DNA of 64,000 bases from an uncultured Candidatus Saccharibacteria bacterium. Lineage in GTDB: Bacteria > Patescibacteriota > Minisyncoccia > Ryanbacterales > GWA2-47-10b. Of the stretch, positions 1-9,494 are shown piece by piece (the first letter of the stretch is position 1; each line of letters opens with the position of its first letter). Under the pieces are notes generated by a model. That model searched no databases and had not been told where the DNA came from. It saw only the letters and a program-made list of their open reading frames with translations. The stretch is from contig CAYHJF010000001.1 of the NCBI GenBank assembly GCA_964356915.1, positions 215,011 through 279,010 on the forward strand. Direction: 5' to 3'. Made by a program: the position numbers and the translations under genes.

Positions 1-312
1 ATACGCCGTGCGAGTCTTTTTACAAATAAATTAAATGGAATTTTACTAACATTTATTCCAGATGATAACCTCTGTAAGATCGAAAGTAGTAATAGGGATG
101 TGGGCGAATATAAAGCCGATATGCCAGTTGAAATTACAGGAGATGGTCTTTCAGTAGTATTTAATTATCATTATCTTCTTGATGGTGTATTAAGTCTCCC
201 TGATAAGAAAATATTCTTAGGTTTAAATTCAGAGTCCCAACCACTTCTCATACGACCTCCAACAAATGAACAATCAATCTATATTGTAATGCCGATGAAG
301 GGCGTGGTATGA
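1..312 (+). CDS. dnaN: DNA polymerase III beta sliding clamp, C-terminal fragment (gene starts upstream of window)
   Basis: Frame 1 is open from nt 1 with no stop. The C-terminal signature ...VVFNYHYLLDGVLSL...SQPLLIRP...SIYIVMPMKG resembles the end of beta-clamp domain III. Confidence 0.75.
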   Translation: MRRASLFTNKLNGILLTFIPDDNLCKIESSNRDVGEYKADMPVEITGDGLSVVFNYHYLLDGVLSLPDKKIFLGLNSESQPLLIRPPTNEQSIYIVMPMKGVV

Positions 313-593
313 GTTTTGTTAAGATCCAAGGACTTCTTCATGCCGCTTTCCAACGAATTGATAGACTTCATGTTACACAAACAACGCCAATTGACGAATA
401 TATCCAAGGGTTTTTAGGAGAAAGGGATACTCAATATATAAAAGGGATTATTGTTGTCTACACCGCCTCGTCTGTAAAAAAACAATCTCTTTTATTTAAA
501 AAAGAGAAGATTCTTACGCATTTAAAAAGTAAGTTCCCAGTGTTAGTGTTTACGGATATTAGGTTCCAGGGTCCTCGACAGAAAACGGAATAA
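309..593 (+). CDS. hypothetical small protein, start overlaps dnaN stop (ATGA); possibly DUF721-like
   Basis: 94-aa ORF translationally coupled to dnaN. It overlaps the convergent PBP gene by 35 nt. No recognisable motifs. Confidence 0.3.
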   Translation: MSFVKIQGLLHAAFQRIDRLHVTQTTPIDEYIQGFLGERDTQYIKGIIVVYTASSVKKQSLLFKKEKILTHLKSKFPVLVFTDIRFQGPRQKTE

Positions 594-3057
594 CTTTTTC
601 AGATTTATTTCGTACCACGTCGTATACGCGAAGTGTAAGTGAGTGCTCGCCAGATTTAATATTTTGGAGCACGAGTGTACCGATCGTACCTTTTACTGAG
701 CGGATGAATTCTCCATCAACAAAAATATCGATTTCTGAAATAGCGTATGTCCCGCGAATTATAGGATGAAATTCAATGCGCTGGTTATTTTTAAATCGTA
801 TTCCTAATTCCTCTTGAGATGGGAATGATATTTGAGGCCAATACATCGGCAGATGAGATGAATCCATACCAAGTTCAGTTGGAGATGGACTTATGCCATC
901 CGTCAGTCCTTGCGCGAGGGCCCACGAGCGAACGGGGCCTTCCCAAGCCCAGTACTGCGAATCTTTCTCGGGGTTTGTTGGTATTGGTCCAGTAGGATTA
1001 TCTTTTGAGACCCAATGAAGAATAGAGTGAACTTCTTGAACTACGCGTTCTTCTTGTTGCTCAAGTGGGGTGTATTCGGTAGCAAGCTTCCCAGAGCTTT
1101 TATCTAAGATATAAGAGCGAGATCCTTTCCAAATGCCTCTAAGTACGGGTTTTTGAGGCGTTTTGCTCTCTGGTGGCGTAAATTGCTCTCTAGAGGTGCG
1201 TGTAAGAGCGGCGTTCATAAATTCTCTCCATAGTGGAGCTATAATAAATCCCGCTACATTTTTTGTCATCGAAGTATTATTATTATTTCCTGCCCATGCT
1301 CCAATAACTACTGAAGGACTATAGCCTATCGTCCATACATCACGATAATCATTTGTGGTACCGGTTTTTACTGCTACCCCACCTTCTTCAAAATAGAGCG
1401 GGGAACGGGCACCGAACGTTGGAGTGCGGGCATTGTTATCGGAGAGGATGCTTGAGATTGTGCGAGCGATATTTTGATCAAGAACTTGCCTAGAGGTGAT
1501 CTTTTCTTCTTCAAGAATAGCGCCAGTGTGATCTCGTACTTCTACGATTGCATGATGGTCGGTTCGAGTTCCTTCGTTTGCAAAAACTCCGTATGCGGAG
1601 GAAAGTTCGAGAAGCGAGATTTCTCCGCCACCAAGTACAAGTGTTAAGCCGTATCGATTAGGATCCGTAAGAGTGCTAATACCAAAGTCTTCTGCGGTGC
1701 GGATGGAGTCTTTTACACCGGCAAGATAGAGCGTCTTTACTGCGGGTACGTTTAATGATTGAGCGAGGGCCTCGCGGAGAGTCACGGGTCCCCGAAACTT
1801 TTCGTCAAAATTTTGAGGGATATAAGGAGTTCCAGAGACAGCAAAATTTGTTTCCAAATCAAATACAATAGTTTCGGGAGTGTAGCCTTTCTTGAATGCT
1901 GTTGCGTATACGACGGGTTTAAATGTTGATCCGGGCTGTCGCTTGGCGAGTGTAACATTAAAATTCCCATCATGGGCGATATCAAAATAATCTCGAGACC
2001 CAACCATTGCAAGGATCCTTCCTGTCTTGGGGTCTAGTGCGATAAGTGCGAGATTTGAAGCATTAAATCGCGACTCGATATCTGGTCCTGAGCGAGTTGC
2101 AATTTCTTCCGCTTTTTCTTGGAGTGTCGCATCGAGAGACGTAATTACTTTTAAGCCTCCGCGCTCAACAAGATCTTCTCCGTATGTTTTCGTGAGAAGC
2201 TCACGTACATACATTGCAAAATGGGGCGCGCGAATGCCATGTTTTTTTTGAGGTAAAAATATTACCTTTTCTTTTTTTGCCGCCTCTAAATCTTGAGTAT
2301 TGATAAAGTTAAGATCTCGCATGCGCTCAAGAACAAGATTTTTACGTTCCTCAAGATCATCGCGGTGGTTGCCGTAGGGAGAAAAGTAAGAAGGAGCCTT
2401 TGGCAGAGCAGCAAGATACGCGGCTTCAGGGAGAGAGAGTTCGTTAGATGATTTTCCAAAGTATGTTTCCGATGCAGCTTCAACTCCATAGGCGTTTGAT
2501 CCATAAGGAATCTGATTAAGATAGAGATTTAAGATCTCGTCTTTTGAATATGCTGTTTCAAGTTTAATGGCGATGATAATCTCTTTCGCTTTCCGTGTAA
2601 GCGTCTGTTTAGGCGAGAGAAGAGTATTTTTTACGAGTTGTTGCGTGATAGTTGATCCGCCACTTCCAATGGGCTTTCCCCGAAAAACATTTACAAAGAG
2701 TACTCGAAATAATGCCGTCGGACTAAAGCCTCGATGAGAATAGAAAGACGCGTCCTCAATAGCGATGGAAGCATTTTTTATGTGGCGAGAGATTTGATCA
2801 AATGGTACGAGCGTGCGACGTTCTTCCCCGTGAATCTCCCATAGAAGTACTTCACCTGTACTGTCGTAAATCTTTGTTGATTCAGCGACCTCACGCGATT
2901 CAAATGTACGGATGGTTGGCGTCTCTACGAGAAGAAAGGTAATGGCGCCCAAAAGAAAAAATCCTCCCACAACAATACATCCGAGGAGGATCGCTCGCTT
3001 TCGATTTTTTACATATTTTCGGCGTGCTCTCGATAACACGCCATCAGTATGCCACAC
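559..3057 (-). CDS. class A bifunctional penicillin-binding protein (GT51 transglycosylase + transpeptidase) with ~200-aa C-terminal beta-rich extension
   Basis: N-terminal TM segment. GT51 motifs IEDASFYSHRGF and GGSTITQQLVKN. Transpeptidase motifs STFK (SxxK), SLN and KTGT. Confidence 0.9.
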   Translation of the reverse strand: MWHTDGVLSRARRKYVKNRKRAILLGCIVVGGFFLLGAITFLLVETPTIRTFESREVAESTKIYDSTGEVLLWEIHGEERRTLVPFDQISRHIKNASIAIEDASFYSHRGFSPTALFRVLFVNVFRGKPIGSGGSTITQQLVKNTLLSPKQTLTRKAKEIIIAIKLETAYSKDEILNLYLNQIPYGSNAYGVEAASETYFGKSSNELSLPEAAYLAALPKAPSYFSPYGNHRDDLEERKNLVLERMRDLNFINTQDLEAAKKEKVIFLPQKKHGIRAPHFAMYVRELLTKTYGEDLVERGGLKVITSLDATLQEKAEEIATRSGPDIESRFNASNLALIALDPKTGRILAMVGSRDYFDIAHDGNFNVTLAKRQPGSTFKPVVYATAFKKGYTPETIVFDLETNFAVSGTPYIPQNFDEKFRGPVTLREALAQSLNVPAVKTLYLAGVKDSIRTAEDFGISTLTDPNRYGLTLVLGGGEISLLELSSAYGVFANEGTRTDHHAIVEVRDHTGAILEEEKITSRQVLDQNIARTISSILSDNNARTPTFGARSPLYFEEGGVAVKTGTTNDYRDVWTIGYSPSVVIGAWAGNNNNTSMTKNVAGFIIAPLWREFMNAALTRTSREQFTPPESKTPQKPVLRGIWKGSRSYILDKSSGKLATEYTPLEQQEERVVQEVHSILHWVSKDNPTGPIPTNPEKDSQYWAWEGPVRSWALAQGLTDGISPSPTELGMDSSHLPMYWPQISFPSQEELGIRFKNNQRIEFHPIIRGTYAISEIDIFVDGEFIRSVKGTIGTLVLQNIKSGEHSLTLRVYDVVRNKSEKVIPFSVEDPGT

Positions 3058-3085
3058 AATGTAGAAAAATCCAGAGAGTCACAAG

Positions 3086-3122
3086 GTAAAAAAATAGCCC
3101 CGTCATGGGGCTATTTTTTTTA
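3086..3122. terminator. bidirectional intrinsic terminator hairpin
   Basis: aaaatagccccatgacggggctattttttt: a GC stem flanked by A and T runs. Confidence 0.6.
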
Positions 3123-3401
3123 CATATCATCGTCCTCGGTAAACGGATCTATTCCGTCATCATCGAGATCCGAATCATCGTCATCATCAACATCGCTATC
3201 TTCACTTTCTTCGTCGTCGTTTTGAAATGAGTAGTCGTAGATCACAGATTCTGATTGAGTGTTAGTTCTGTTTAAGACCTTTCGCTGTTTCGATATTAAT
3301 ATATACCAAGAATTATTTTTTTGCAGTATATCCTTCGCGTATGGTTTCTGTGGATAACTAGCGAGGATGTATAAGACATAGTGCAAGAGCATCAAGAGCA
3401 T
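3120..3401 (-). CDS. hypothetical small protein with poly-acidic C-terminal tail
   Basis: 93-aa ORF downstream of ruvC on the same strand, ending in ...DDDDDSDLDDDGIDPFTEDDDM and followed by a terminator. The start overlaps the ruvC 3' end. Confidence 0.35.
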   Translation of the reverse strand: MLLMLLHYVLYILASYPQKPYAKDILQKNNSWYILISKQRKVLNRTNTQSESVIYDYSFQNDDEESEDSDVDDDDDSDLDDDGIDPFTEDDDM

Positions 3402-3822
3402 CGTCAGATGAAATAGTATCCTTTATGTGAAGAATATTACGGACCATCCATGCCACTTGGCGTTTTTCAGCATTCCCTACACCTGTTACGCCGAGCTTTA
3501 CTTCATTTGGCGTAAACTCAAATATAGGCATACCAGATTCGGCGAGCGTTGCCATAATGACTCCGCGAGCTTCGGCAACCCGAAGCGCCGTTTTTTTATT
3601 CTTGGAGAAAAACAGCCTTTCAATGTGTACCACATCAGGTTCTATTCGTGCAAGGATAGACTGAAGTTCCGTTCTGATGAGTACGAGTCGTTCGCGATCA
3701 ACGAGAGTGCGTGGGGTTACAATGCAGCCACAGTCACGGTATTCAACTCGAGATCCCTCAGCTTCAATGTAGCCCCATCCCATGCGTTCGATGCCAGGAT
3801 CAATGCCAAGAATACGCTTCAT
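3358..3822 (-). CDS. ruvC: Holliday junction resolvase RuvC
   Basis: MKRILGIDPGIERMGWGY... and the family-typical C-terminus ...DALDALALCLIHPR. Confidence 0.9.
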   Translation of the reverse strand: MKRILGIDPGIERMGWGYIEAEGSRVEYRDCGCIVTPRTLVDRERLVLIRTELQSILARIEPDVVHIERLFFSKNKKTALRVAEARGVIMATLAESGMPIFEFTPNEVKLGVTGVGNAEKRQVAWMVRNILHIKDTISSDDALDALALCLIHPR

Positions 3823-4364
3823 TCTTTATTATTCGCGTATATTTCTTGGACGTCATCATGCTCGTCTATTGCATCCATGAGCAGTAAGAGTCTCTCTTCA
3901 TCTTCGGGAGAAAGGGAGACAAGAGAATGCTCCTGAGGCGTCCAGTCAGTTCCATCTTTTATAAATGCCCAGAGAACGCTACCTTGATTTGCCCAGTGGG
4001 CAGCGCGCTCTGAAAGGAGATGTTTAATCTCATTTGATGTTCGATTGTTGTTGTCGGTGATTCCCGTAATGATAAGAGCGACTCCTCCTGGTCCATACGC
4101 TTCATAAATAAACTCTTGGAGCATGGTAAGTTGTCCATCGCCAACTCCTTTTGCAATCGCGCGCTCAATATTATCTTGAGGCATGTTTACCTCGCGTGCT
4201 TTTAAAATTGCCGCGCGTAACGAAGCGTTTGTTTCGGGGTCTTTCCCTTTTTCTCGTGCGGCGATAGTGATGATGCGCGCAATCTTGCTATAGATTTTTG
4301 CTTTTTTAGCATCGGTCGCTGCTTTTTTATGTTTTATTTGGGACCATTTTGAGTGACCTGACAT
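3819..4364 (-). CDS. yebC: YebC/PmpR family DNA-binding transcriptional regulator
   Basis: Classic N-terminus MSGHSKWSQIKHKKAA; 181 aa. Confidence 0.9.
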   Translation of the reverse strand: MSGHSKWSQIKHKKAATDAKKAKIYSKIARIITIAAREKGKDPETNASLRAAILKAREVNMPQDNIERAIAKGVGDGQLTMLQEFIYEAYGPGGVALIITGITDNNNRTSNEIKHLLSERAAHWANQGSVLWAFIKDGTDWTPQEHSLVSLSPEDEERLLLLMDAIDEHDDVQEIYANNKE

Positions 4365-4385
4365 ATAGGCACAACTGTAGCGGAG

Positions 4386-4868
4386 TTATTTTTTTCTCGC
4401 AATTGCAAGAACTCTATCTTTAACTTCCATTGGATTTGCGACCTGACTTATGACAAAATTTGTTTCTCCTGCGGTGTGAACGGTGATCGTGCCAAAGTTA
4501 AAAAAAGATGCGACAATCCCAATTGTTTCCACACTCACATCTTGCACGCGCTCGACGCCAAACTCAGAGACTTCGCGATGAAAAAGACTGTGTTGTTCGA
4601 TGACGATTACACGCGACGACGTAACAACAAGTGCGTCGAGCCAGATGCGCAGGAATTCAATATAAAATATGATTAATAACACGAGCCAATAAAGCGAAGA
4701 GAGAAAGATACTATATTTTTTTAATACGGCAATGTTTGCTGAGTCTAACCAAAATATAATGACAGGCACAAAGAAAAGGAGTGTGATTCCTGTGGCAACT
4801 GATGCCATCACCATCCAGTGTTTACGTGCCACAACAACGATTACTTCATGTTCTTTTAAGCTAATCAT
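4386..4868 (-). CDS. membrane protein with bacterial PH-like (bPH_2/YdbT-like) domain
   Basis: Two N-terminal TM helices followed by a soluble domain. Family assignment is by resemblance only. Confidence 0.5.
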   Translation of the reverse strand: MISLKEHEVIVVVARKHWMVMASVATGITLLFFVPVIIFWLDSANIAVLKKYSIFLSSLYWLVLLIIFYIEFLRIWLDALVVTSSRVIVIEQHSLFHREVSEFGVERVQDVSVETIGIVASFFNFGTITVHTAGETNFVISQVANPMEVKDRVLAIARKK

Positions 4869-5062
4869 GTTTTCAAGATGCTTATAAAACTTACGAATGA
4901 AAGAGCAATAAGGCTACCAATGCCAATTTGGAGTATTTTCATCCAACGAAGCGCAGGGTCGCCAGAGAGCATAAAGCGACGTTCGTGGTAAGTGACAGCG
5001 AAGAGAAGTAAGAGGTATATGACAAGAAAGATTGCGTATCCGATAGTAAGGAGTTGTTTCAT
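4865..5062 (-). CDS. hypothetical small membrane protein
   Basis: 65 aa with two hydrophobic helices; start and stop overlap the neighbouring genes. Confidence 0.45.
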   Translation of the reverse strand: MKQLLTIGYAIFLVIYLLLLFAVTYHERRFMLSGDPALRWMKILQIGIGSLIALSFVSFISILKT

Positions 5063-6069
5063 GAGATAAGTCGCTGTTGGTCGGGGCGCTCGGGAATTCC
5101 GAGGTGCCGGTATGCTGCGTTTGTTGCCATGCGCCCACGAGGCGTTCGCTCAAGAAAACCTAACCGCAAAAGATATGGTTCATGAATTTCTTCAATAGTA
5201 CTTTCTTCTTCCGCGCTCGCTGCCGCAAGAGTTCCAACTCCCACAGGTCCACCATTGAATTTATTGATGATAATATCGAGAATGCGTCGATCTTCTGCGT
5301 CGAGACCAACGGAGTCAATTTCTAAAAGCCCAAGGGCCATATCCGCTATCTTTTGAGTAATAATTCCATCACCTCGCACCATCGCTACATCGCGGCAACG
5401 CTTGAGTAAATGATTCGCGCGTCGCGGTGTACAGCGCGATCGGCGGGCAATTTCTTCGATCGCACTTTCCTCGATCTCGATACTAAGAATATGTGCCGAT
5501 CGACGTAAAATTTCACCAATGTCTTCATTAGTATAAAACTCGAGACGATATGTACCGCCAGAAAAACGAGAGCGCAAAGGAGACGAGAGAAGCGCGATAC
5601 GTGTAGTAGCCGCAATGAGCGTAAACGCAGGTAACTCTATTTGGATTGTGCGCGCGCCTGGTCCCTTGCCAATGATGATGTCGAGTGATCGAGCTTCCAT
5701 CGCGGGGTAGAGAATCTCTTCAATCATCTTATTAAGACGATGAGCTTCATCAATAAAGAGAATATCTCCTGGAGAAAGATTTGTAAGAATGGAGGCAAGA
5801 TCGCCTACCCGTTCAATGGCGGGACCTGATGTTACTTTCATCTGAGCGCCCATTTCTTTACTGATAAGATGAGCAAGGGTTGTCTTACCAAGACCCGCAG
5901 GACCATAAAATAACACGTGCTCGAGAGGTTCTCCTCGTTGCTGGGCAGCTTCAATTAAGATACGCAAATTTTCTTTTATTTGTTTTTGACCGATGTATTC
6001 ATCCCACCGCGAGGGGCGGAGGGTGCTGTCGAGAGCGATATCATCTGGTTTTGTGGGTGGTATTGACAT
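5059..6069 (-). CDS. ruvB: Holliday junction branch migration helicase RuvB
   Basis: Walker [12 protein letters not shown]; FIDEAHRL; RuvB-like N-terminal region [11 protein letters not shown]. Confidence 0.92.
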   Translation of the reverse strand: MSIPPTKPDDIALDSTLRPSRWDEYIGQKQIKENLRILIEAAQQRGEPLEHVLFYGPAGLGKTTLAHLISKEMGAQMKVTSGPAIERVGDLASILTNLSPGDILFIDEAHRLNKMIEEILYPAMEARSLDIIIGKGPGARTIQIELPAFTLIAATTRIALLSSPLRSRFSGGTYRLEFYTNEDIGEILRRSAHILSIEIEESAIEEIARRSRCTPRRANHLLKRCRDVAMVRGDGIITQKIADMALGLLEIDSVGLDAEDRRILDIIINKFNGGPVGVGTLAAASAEEESTIEEIHEPYLLRLGFLERTPRGRMATNAAYRHLGIPERPDQQRLIS

Positions 6070-6343
6070 TTTCGTTTTTTTCAGGTAGAATAGGAGAACT
6101 TGAAATTAGAATCCCTCAGCAAGCCTCCAGGCGAATGAGGTTTTCCTTATCTGGGCCATCTTTTAGCTCGGGCAGCTCGGGTCCCTCTCCCTCTATCGTA
6201 TAAGACAGGAGACAGAAACGAAACCCTATCCTCTTAGACGCGAGAGGGAGGGGGCCGCTCGGCTGTTCCTCGAAGGGGCTCTCAGCTCTCTGCACCCATG
6301 CGAGAGCACTTTGCCTGGAGACTTGTCGAGGGATTTTTTATTT

Positions 6344-8002
6344 CTACGGAAGCCCAACAATACGTTCTAATTCTTCAAATGAGGTGGCTCCAGATAATAT
6401 TTTTAAAATACCATCCTTTTGCATCGTGAGCATTCCTTGTTTTTCTGCGAGTGCAAGTACCTCCGCCTCCGGCGGATTTTTTAAAATAAGCCGTTCAATC
6501 TCATCATCAATTAAAAAGACCTCATAAATACCAATACGTCCTCGGTACCCAGTGTGGTTGCATTCTCCGCATGAGCCAGCTGTGTAGGTAGTTATGTGAT
6601 CGAGAGAGGGACGTTCATATTCCGCTGGGAGAGAAGTTACGACTTTTTCAATAACTATTTTTTGTTCTGGAGTTGGACTCGTCTCTTTTTTACAGTGTTT
6701 ACAAAGTACGCGTACGAGACGTTGAGCGATCGCAACGTTAATCGCAGGGGCGAGAATATTCGCTGAAATTCCAAGATCGACAAGGCGCGGGATAGTGCCA
6801 GCTGCTGAGTTTGTGTGGAGTGTTGAGAATACGAGGTGTCCAGTGAGAGATGCGTGCATTGCAATTTCTGCAGTTTCTTTGTTGCGAATTTCTCCGACAA
6901 GAATAACATCTGGGTCTTGCCGCACGATTGCCGAAAGACCATTTTCAAACGTATAGCCGGCTTCTTTGTTGACCTGCGTTTGAGATATTCCCTCGAGATG
7001 ATATTCAATCGGATCTTCGATGGTAATAATCTTCATTCCAGGCTCTTCCCGAACTTTTTTAAGAAATGCGTAAAGTGTGGTTGTTTTTCCAGATCCCGTT
7101 GGCCCTGTTGTAATAATCATTCCATTCGGACGATTTAATTCTTTGAGCATAAGTTTAAATACGGGAGGTTGCATGCCGAGGTCATCAAACCCAAGTGCAA
7201 TTGCCTTTGGGTTCAAGATACGCATGACAACTGATTCGCCATATGGACCGGGGAGCGTTGAGACACGCACCTCGATAGCAGCTTCTTTTGCGCGAATTGT
7301 GAATCGTCCGTCTTGTGAGCGATCAATAACATTAAGCTTTAGATGAGAAACCAGTTTAATGCGATTCATGATCGCGTGATGGAGGTCATGTGAGAAGTCG
7401 GCGATATCTTGTAAGAGACCATCTATACGGAGGCGGAGACGAACTCGCTCTTCCTCAGCTTCGATGTGAACGTCGGATGCTTCGAGGATGAGTGCTCCAA
7501 GTAAGATCATCTCGAGAACTTCCGAGGTATGTCCCAGACCACGAAGAGATATTTTTTTTGAGAGAATAACGCCCAAAGTTTGGGCATTTGTTACGCGCTC
7601 ATGGAATTCTTGAAAATCAGAACGCGTGATATCAACAACATTTGTTGTAATAATAACCTCGGCCGGTATTTCTTTGTATCGACTCCAAACATGCTCAAGT
7701 CCCGGTAGAGATCCAAGAAAGATTTGTGGGGTATAACCGAGGCGGCGCAGTTCTTCAATTTTTTCTTTTATAGAATCAAGATTCGGATTTTTTACTACGA
7801 TTTGTAGTTGTTTGCCTGCCGATTGAATGACTGCCATGCCAAGCATTCGAGCCTGCTCTTCAGAGATGAGTTTTAAAGTATCAAGGTCGACGGCGATTCT
7901 ATTGAGGTTGAGGTAGGCTACTCCATAGCGCTGCGCCATAATTTGGGCAAGCTCTTCAGCCTCTTTTTTTTCTATATTCTTGATTTTATCGTTTTGGTCC
8001 AC
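6344..8002 (-). CDS. pilB: type IV pilus / type II secretion assembly ATPase (PilB/GspE family)
   Basis: N-terminal T2SSE_N-like domain; Walker A GPTGSGKTTTLYA; C-terminal tetracysteine region CKHC...CGEC. Confidence 0.85.
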   Translation of the reverse strand: MDQNDKIKNIEKKEAEELAQIMAQRYGVAYLNLNRIAVDLDTLKLISEEQARMLGMAVIQSAGKQLQIVVKNPNLDSIKEKIEELRRLGYTPQIFLGSLPGLEHVWSRYKEIPAEVIITTNVVDITRSDFQEFHERVTNAQTLGVILSKKISLRGLGHTSEVLEMILLGALILEASDVHIEAEEERVRLRLRIDGLLQDIADFSHDLHHAIMNRIKLVSHLKLNVIDRSQDGRFTIRAKEAAIEVRVSTLPGPYGESVVMRILNPKAIALGFDDLGMQPPVFKLMLKELNRPNGMIITTGPTGSGKTTTLYAFLKKVREEPGMKIITIEDPIEYHLEGISQTQVNKEAGYTFENGLSAIVRQDPDVILVGEIRNKETAEIAMHASLTGHLVFSTLHTNSAAGTIPRLVDLGISANILAPAINVAIAQRLVRVLCKHCKKETSPTPEQKIVIEKVVTSLPAEYERPSLDHITTYTAGSCGECNHTGYRGRIGIYEVFLIDDEIERLILKNPPEAEVLALAEKQGMLTMQKDGILKILSGATSFEELERIVGLP

Positions 8003-8016
8003 GCACTTATTCTACC

Positions 8017-8862
8017 TTAGCGAGTAGAGTGCAGCAATTTTCGTATTGCTCCTTCACCATCGACGAAATTTTCAAACTCCGGCAAAAGAATGTATTGTTT
8101 TTGTGGTAGTACTGATCCAAGTCGAGAAGATGCGGCTACTAACAGGGCGGAGTCTTTGGACCACAAGATGCCCGTAGTTTGATCCTCGTCAATGAGTTGC
8201 CAAAAGATTATAACGATGCGCGGGAGATTTGCGAGGTCAGCAAATTTTTGTACAAGTTCCGGGATGTCCTCTCCTTTTGCATTTGTTTTTACTAAGTCCT
8301 CTCGAGTTAAAAATGACCATAGAGTTTCAAGATCGGCTTCTTCTCGGGAGCGCGCCATAATGCGCCCGAGGAGTTGGGCGTGCTCCGTAGAGATTTTTTC
8401 TTGTGCGAGAGGTTTCATGTACTCATCAAGCATGAGGTGTTGCGTAGAGGTGTGCTGAGGAAGATTTTCAATGAATTGCTCGGATTCTTCTTCTGATGAG
8501 AAGCCGACGGTGATAATGAGGTCCGCCGTAGGGATGCGTTCTTGAAATGAGAGAGCGTCCCTTGAAAAGGTTTTTCTGTGCGAAAGGAATATAGTAAGAG
8601 AGTCATCCGTTTTTTCATATCGAAGTTCTTCAACAGGGGAGCGTCGAGTATCAACTAAAATCACATATTCTTTTTTAGGGAGAGGGATACCAAATGTATC
8701 ATGCCAGACAGTTTCTTTTTCTTCCGGAGCGATAAGATAGACTTTCTCGGGAGCTAGTTTTTGAATCTGCAGTGCCGCCAAATAGTCCTTATCAGATGCT
8801 TTTTGAGGAACTACGACGAGGACAGATGTTGCTTGGGTGATTGCGGCGTGGAGCTCATTCAT
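8017..8862 (-). CDS. hypothetical protein
   Basis: 281-aa ORF immediately upstream of pilB on the same strand; no recognisable motifs. Confidence 0.5.
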   Translation of the reverse strand: MNELHAAITQATSVLVVVPQKASDKDYLAALQIQKLAPEKVYLIAPEEKETVWHDTFGIPLPKKEYVILVDTRRSPVEELRYEKTDDSLTIFLSHRKTFSRDALSFQERIPTADLIITVGFSSEEESEQFIENLPQHTSTQHLMLDEYMKPLAQEKISTEHAQLLGRIMARSREEADLETLWSFLTREDLVKTNAKGEDIPELVQKFADLANLPRIVIIFWQLIDEDQTTGILWSKDSALLVAASSRLGSVLPQKQYILLPEFENFVDGEGAIRKLLHSTR

Positions 8863-8905
8863 CAGTCCATTCCTAGCATGTAGGGGGGCGTTTCTTCAAT
8901 GATAC

Positions 8906-8934
8906 TTGACTTATAGCTTATTTTATAGTATAAT
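8906..8934 (+). promoter_or_regulatory. consensus sigma70-type promoter (TTGACT-N17-TATAAT)
   Basis: TTGACT at 8906-8911, 17-nt spacer, TATAAT at 8929-8934. It lies upstream of the high-GC lipoprotein ORF. Confidence 0.6.
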
Positions 8935-8994
8935 AGAAAAAGGATAGACTTTAGCGTTCCCTTGAGTGGGGCGCCAAACAGGAGGAAGTTCTTC

Positions 8995-9411
8995 ATGAAG
9001 AGAGTGCTTACTGGACTGATGCTGGTTCTGCTCGCTGGGTGTGGGATGTCCGTCCGGGTTGGCGATCCGGGGCCAGGCAGACCGCCTCGCGAAGTGTTCG
9101 CGTGGGGTCTCGACATGCATGATGGCCCCACAGGCTTCGATCGACTCAACTACGACCCAGCACTCGACTACGTGCCAACGGGGCGACCCTACAGCCGTCC
9201 ACCGCTCTCGTATCGTCGGTACAGCCCTGATGGTCAGCAGGAGATCGTATGTCACTCGACGGATGTGGAGTGTCGACGACTTCAAGGCGAGATCGAGGGT
9301 CAGCGCCGAGCTGCAGAAGAGAACGGCAATGATGCGCAGGAGCGTGCTCGGAAGGATGCATACTGTCGAGTGCGACCGAGTGCCGATGAGTGCAGGCCTC
9401 CACAAGAATAA
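8995..9411 (+). CDS. small secreted lipoprotein (lipobox LLAGC), Pro/Arg-rich, 4 Cys; compositionally foreign (~60 % GC)
   Basis: SD GGAGGA 8 nt before the ATG at 8995. Signal peptide MKRVLTGLMLVLLAGC. ORF is far above the local GC content and is followed by a terminator. Confidence 0.55.
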   Translation: MKRVLTGLMLVLLAGCGMSVRVGDPGPGRPPREVFAWGLDMHDGPTGFDRLNYDPALDYVPTGRPYSRPPLSYRRYSPDGQQEIVCHSTDVECRRLQGEIEGQRRAAEENGNDAQERARKDAYCRVRPSADECRPPQE

Positions 9412-9435
9412 CGACCCCTTTGGGGTCCCAACCAG

Positions 9436-9480
9436 AGAGCCACCGGTGACACATGTCGCCGTGTGGCTCTTTTTTGTTTT
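9436..9480 (+). terminator. intrinsic terminator
   Basis: agagccac...gtggctct stem followed by tttttgtttt. Confidence 0.6.
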
Positions 9481-9494
9481 ATGTTAGTCTGAAG

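Noticed and set aside
6070-6343. Assignment of the GC-rich spacer to tmRNA, RNase P RNA or SRP RNA.
   Set aside because: None of the universally conserved motifs of these RNAs is present on either strand.
8923-9487. Long ORFs in other frames and on the opposite strand across the 60 %-GC island (8923-9405 minus, 9041-9487 plus, 9146-9454 minus, 9300-9590 minus).
   Set aside because: High GC suppresses stop codons in all frames. Only the chosen frame has a consensus promoter, an SD and a signal-peptide/lipobox N-terminus.
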